The position numbers and the translations under genes were made by a program. Below the pieces are notes generated by a model. It was not told the origin of the DNA. It did no database searches and was given only the letters and a program-made list of their open reading frames with translations. DNA of 63,470 bases, filler included, from Perkinsus chesapeaki ATCC PRA-425 (Eukaryota; Protista; Perkinsozoa): NCBI GenBank assembly GCA_013115145.1. It is 9 parts of 9 records of this genome, joined end to end, with 100 filler letters (N's around TTAATTAATTAA, not from the genome) between each part and the next. Parts side by side here need not be neighbours in the genome. Positions count along the whole stretch, not along the records: positions 60,019 to 63,470 come from JAAPAO010001408.1; 8 more parts are not named here. The stretch is one strand, 5' to 3'. Below, one piece after another: positions 60,057 to 63,470 of this stretch (position 1 is its first letter; each line of letters begins with the position of its first letter).

Positions 60057-61304
60057 ATGGCCCAAGCTGCAGCCAATAGTAACACCCTCGGGCCGAGCTT
60101 CTCGTTGAATCGGTCGAGCGGAGTTGGACTGCAAATGGGGTTCAGAGGGAGTGGTATGTTCTCACAGCTCGACAGCCTCCTTGAAGACCCTCGTCGTGAA
60201 CGCGTATCCGATACCGGTGAAGATCACAGTGAAGCAGATGCTGTTATGTCTACAATAATCGATCCAGAGCCCGAGGGTGCTAATGACACCCCTTTAGAGA
60301 AGGTTGTCGATCTGACTGAGGATGACATACCGTTGTTTAGCGAATATGATAGTGTTGTCGACGATGACACGCCTTTTGTCAAAGAGGAGGAGACTGCTGA
60401 CATCTCACACGACGGTTCGGTACGGGAGAATGATCAACACGCATCACCAGTGGAAGATGCCGAACAGCTTGGTTTATTTGAAGGTCTTTCTGATGACACC
60501 TACTCCGAACCAGTCTACCCGACACTGTCACCTCTTCGACCATCTGATAATGATATTGAGATGACAGCTCTACAGCCAAATGAGGAACAGTCAGAGACGG
60601 CATCGACCGAGCCAGAAGCCAACAGTGATGTCAGTTTTGATGGTGAACCCGTAGAAGAGCCTACTCCTGATAGGTGTGCTGCACCCATCAACCGAGATGA
60701 TGCATTGTCGCCCGAATCAGAGTTATTGATGGACGATAGTCGATGCGATGCCGAGGATGATATGTTCGATAGTAGACTGATTGAAGGAGCGTCTCAGGCA
60801 GTTGAAGGCGACGTTGAGGTCCCTCGTGAATCAGCCTCGGAGCTCTTTGAAGATACTCAGATCCAGTCGGGCCCTTCAGCGTCATTAACACCCACCAGAA
60901 CTTCCGAACGCCAAGCTGAGGGTACAGCCAATGATAACTCGAGCCGAGCTACTGAGTTTGAGACACCCCAATCTGAGTTCAAGCATAACTGTAGAGCCGT
61001 CGATGCTTGCCAAGATCAGCTACCTGATGACCAGAGCATCCCGAGGAAGAGGCAGCCGACCGAGCCTGATGATCCGGCAAGTCAGTCAGAGAGAGATGCT
61101 TCAGTGTTAAGTTCTGGTGAAGTATTTGATTCGAGTGTTATGGAGGCGGTGTTCAAATTACTCAAGTATCAAGGTCCCGTTCCCGAAATGGGCATTGCAT
61201 CGAATGGGTTGAATGGTATCAGGGCTTCACTCGGGCAGATTGGAAAAAGAGGACCGTCGGTGGAGGAGTTCCGTAAGGAGAGAGGCACGGCGAGGCCTTA
61301 TTGA
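60057..61304 (+). CDS. Acidic low-complexity (D/E/S/P-rich) hypothetical protein, possibly partial
   Basis: 415-codon open frame of disorder-like composition next to the contig edge. Confidence 0.65.
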   Translation: MAQAAANSNTLGPSFSLNRSSGVGLQMGFRGSGMFSQLDSLLEDPRRERVSDTGEDHSEADAVMSTIIDPEPEGANDTPLEKVVDLTEDDIPLFSEYDSVVDDDTPFVKEEETADISHDGSVRENDQHASPVEDAEQLGLFEGLSDDTYSEPVYPTLSPLRPSDNDIEMTALQPNEEQSETASTEPEANSDVSFDGEPVEEPTPDRCAAPINRDDALSPESELLMDDSRCDAEDDMFDSRLIEGASQAVEGDVEVPRESASELFEDTQIQSGPSASLTPTRTSERQAEGTANDNSSRATEFETPQSEFKHNCRAVDACQDQLPDDQSIPRKRQPTEPDDPASQSERDASVLSSGEVFDSSVMEAVFKLLKYQGPVPEMGIASNGLNGIRASLGQIGKRGPSVEEFRKERGTARPY

Positions 61305-61694
61305 CGGCAACACAATTACTCTTCCAATCATTGTCCCATTATATTGTTTATCACTTGCACTCTTCAATGTATTATTATTGAGTTATTTGAGTACACTCAT
61401 CCTTACACGAGTGTGGCCATGTAGCCGGATGATACAACAATCATGGAGGACGAATAATACGCAGGTCAGATGATGAGAAACAAGATGTGTAAGGATTGCG
61501 ATAGTGAGACAGTTGGGAACCTCGCTCGAGGAAGGCAAGAGAAAGTATCCACACACACCGAAGAATACAGAACGGCATTGTACGAGTGTTAAACGTTTCA
61601 CTTACATACACAACACATGGTGCTGAATGAAACAGGCCTAAGCTCATAGGGAGCACCTTCAAAAGAATATCATCAATAACAGATAACATTGTGT

Positions 61695-62135
61695 TCAAAC
61701 AGGTTCATCTGATGATACCCAACGAGTCTTGGAAATAGTAACCCATCGTCCTTCTTCATTTACCTCCAGCTGATTACCAACAGCCTTATAAGTTGTGAAA
61801 TCTCCCTTGATGAACCTTTGTCCGGGGCAATAGGAGTTGAGGTAGTCGATGAACTCCTCATAATCTCCGGAATGGATGTTGACAATAACGAACGTTTTAT
61901 ATTCTGCAGGGTCTATCATCACCTCGAGATCATTCACGGTTTTGTGCCACTCCTTTTTGGGCTCGCACTGCGCGCTGATTACCACAGTAGGCTTTATGCT
62001 AGTAGTGTTGAAGTGGCACTTGAGCTCAATGTAAGGTTCTGAAGCTCTCCCATAGAAATCTCCGTCAGGAATATGCCACGCGGGAGTGATAATGAATAGT
62101 TGGACAAGAAGTACGATGAATAGCATTGCTGGCAA
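61695..62135 (-). CDS. Small secreted hypothetical protein (146 aa)
   Basis: Signal peptide MPAMLFIVLLVQLFIITPA; intact ORF. Confidence 0.7.
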   Translation of the reverse strand: MPAMLFIVLLVQLFIITPAWHIPDGDFYGRASEPYIELKCHFNTTSIKPTVVISAQCEPKKEWHKTVNDLEVMIDPAEYKTFVIVNIHSGDYEEFIDYLNSYCPGQRFIKGDFTTYKAVGNQLEVNEEGRWVTISKTRWVSSDEPV

Positions 62136-62239
62136 CTAAAGCAAAGCGAAATGATAATCGATACAATTATTGCTGACATCTCCCAGCTCAGGTTGAGCGC
62201 TCAACTGAGTTGAGTCAACTCTTCCTTGAACAATAGGCT

Positions 62240-63042
62240 ACGGAAAACCTCAACGTGCTTCAGGAACGCTTCGCAATTAATATGGTATAAGAGAGGATAC
62301 ATACTACTCAGCAAACGGCGCCTACCCGTAGCTTTGATGCAGCTAGCGAGTCGAGAACGAAGAGGAATTTGATAGGAGGATCTTGCATTTTTAACTCTCT
62401 GAAACTTCGGGAAAAATCCAGAGAACCCGCACTCGATTTCAGGATATTAATATGAGTACAACTTGCTACAGGGTCTGCTGTGGTCCTGAATGGTGGTCTC
62501 ATAAGAAACGTTGGCTTCAGGTGAATACGGTAAGAGCCCTCAAGCGATGGAGAGATGTCGCTGGCGCCTGGCGCACGCGCTCCATCCTTAAATGATGTCA
62601 CGTCACCACCCAATGGGGGGTGAATGCAATGAGCCGACTGACGGGGGGCCCCCATCAGTCCGTTCATTGCATTCATTGCATTCATTGCAATCTTATCCAT
62701 ATCCCGTCTCATGTCAAGTTCGTCAATCGGGGATTTCGGGTTCGCCGGCGATGCCGACGACATGGTGCCCAGACCCCAGGTTGCTTATGCCTTTATGGCT
62801 GGTGAGGATGATGAGGTTGTTGATCCTTCAGAAATCCCCCCAGTGGGAGCTGACCCCCCGGACCCTGCCGGTGCGCAGGATCCTCCAGGTGGAGGTGGTG
62901 TCCTTGACCCTTTCGGAGAAGTTGCGATAACATTGGAGAGAAGACTCTGCAAAGTGTCACGGAACCGTGACGCGACAATCGGCTTCAGTATGTGAAACCT
63001 GCTGGGTGTGTCACCAGCAGGCCGAATTGCAAGCATCTGCAA
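62240..63042 (-). mobile_element. Possible degenerate retrotransposon gag-like ORF
   Basis: ORFs 62785-63042 and 62308-62763 share one frame separated by a single TAA. Pro/Gly/Ser-rich linker with an (AMN)x3 repeat. The gag identity is inferred. Confidence 0.35.
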
Positions 63043-63470
63043 CCATCAACTACTAATCTACATGTTGCCTGATCACATTAAATCTCAGCCAATCTACGGC
63101 TCGTAGATTACGAGCCCTGCGCCTACCTCACAAGCCGACTACAGTTTTGCATTCAACCTGTGATGTGAGCGGAGCTTGCGATAGGGCAACGTGTATCTGT
63201 CTTTTATCAACTATAAGTGTCACACTTCAGAATATCGTTAAGGGAATTCGAGAAATGTATCTTGAATCCAGGTGAATGATATGGCAGGATTTGGGAGCTT
63301 GAAACTCGAAACTCATAGTTTCGACCGAGGGGGAACTTTGCAAAACAGGCTCGATTCGAGCCGCTCAAATGGGGCCTATTCGGTAGGCGAGCTCTAAGTG
63401 ATGTCGTGTGCCCACTAGGCATGACGAGCTATGATGATAAGTTATGTAGGTTTCAGTATATCTGCCTTTT

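Overview
This is eukaryotic DNA: short GT-AG introns, compact genes and expanded secreted-protein and aspartic-protease families. The features suggest an alveolate protist, most likely Perkinsus (inference, not a database match). The window is not contiguous. Eight artificial 100-bp N44-TTAATTAATTAA-N44 linkers join nine unlinked pieces, so neighbourhoods across linkers mean nothing. Exon boundaries were placed by eye. Recognisable genes: RRP8, a TcdA/TCD1-2-type dehydratase, a DCC-family oxidoreductase, PUM3/Puf6, a TPR+MSS51-like protein, GPC1, DENR, PSAT (3' part), an RluA pseudouridine synthase, a bacterial-type glycosidase-like fragment, a stand-alone BPL_N protein, tRNA-Ser(GCT), an A1 aspartic protease, several small secreted proteins and retrotransposon debris. 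The most striking signal is about ten short inverted duplications sharing one geometry: an 8-mer S rewritten as S[1-7]+revcomp(S)+S[2-8]. Two are confirmed as +14-nt insertions by paralogous copies inside the window. This is the scar expected from hairpin-forming (hAT-type) transposon excision. Also notable are a ~9-kb very AT-rich gene island with sharp edges, and gene-like relics inside unusually long introns.
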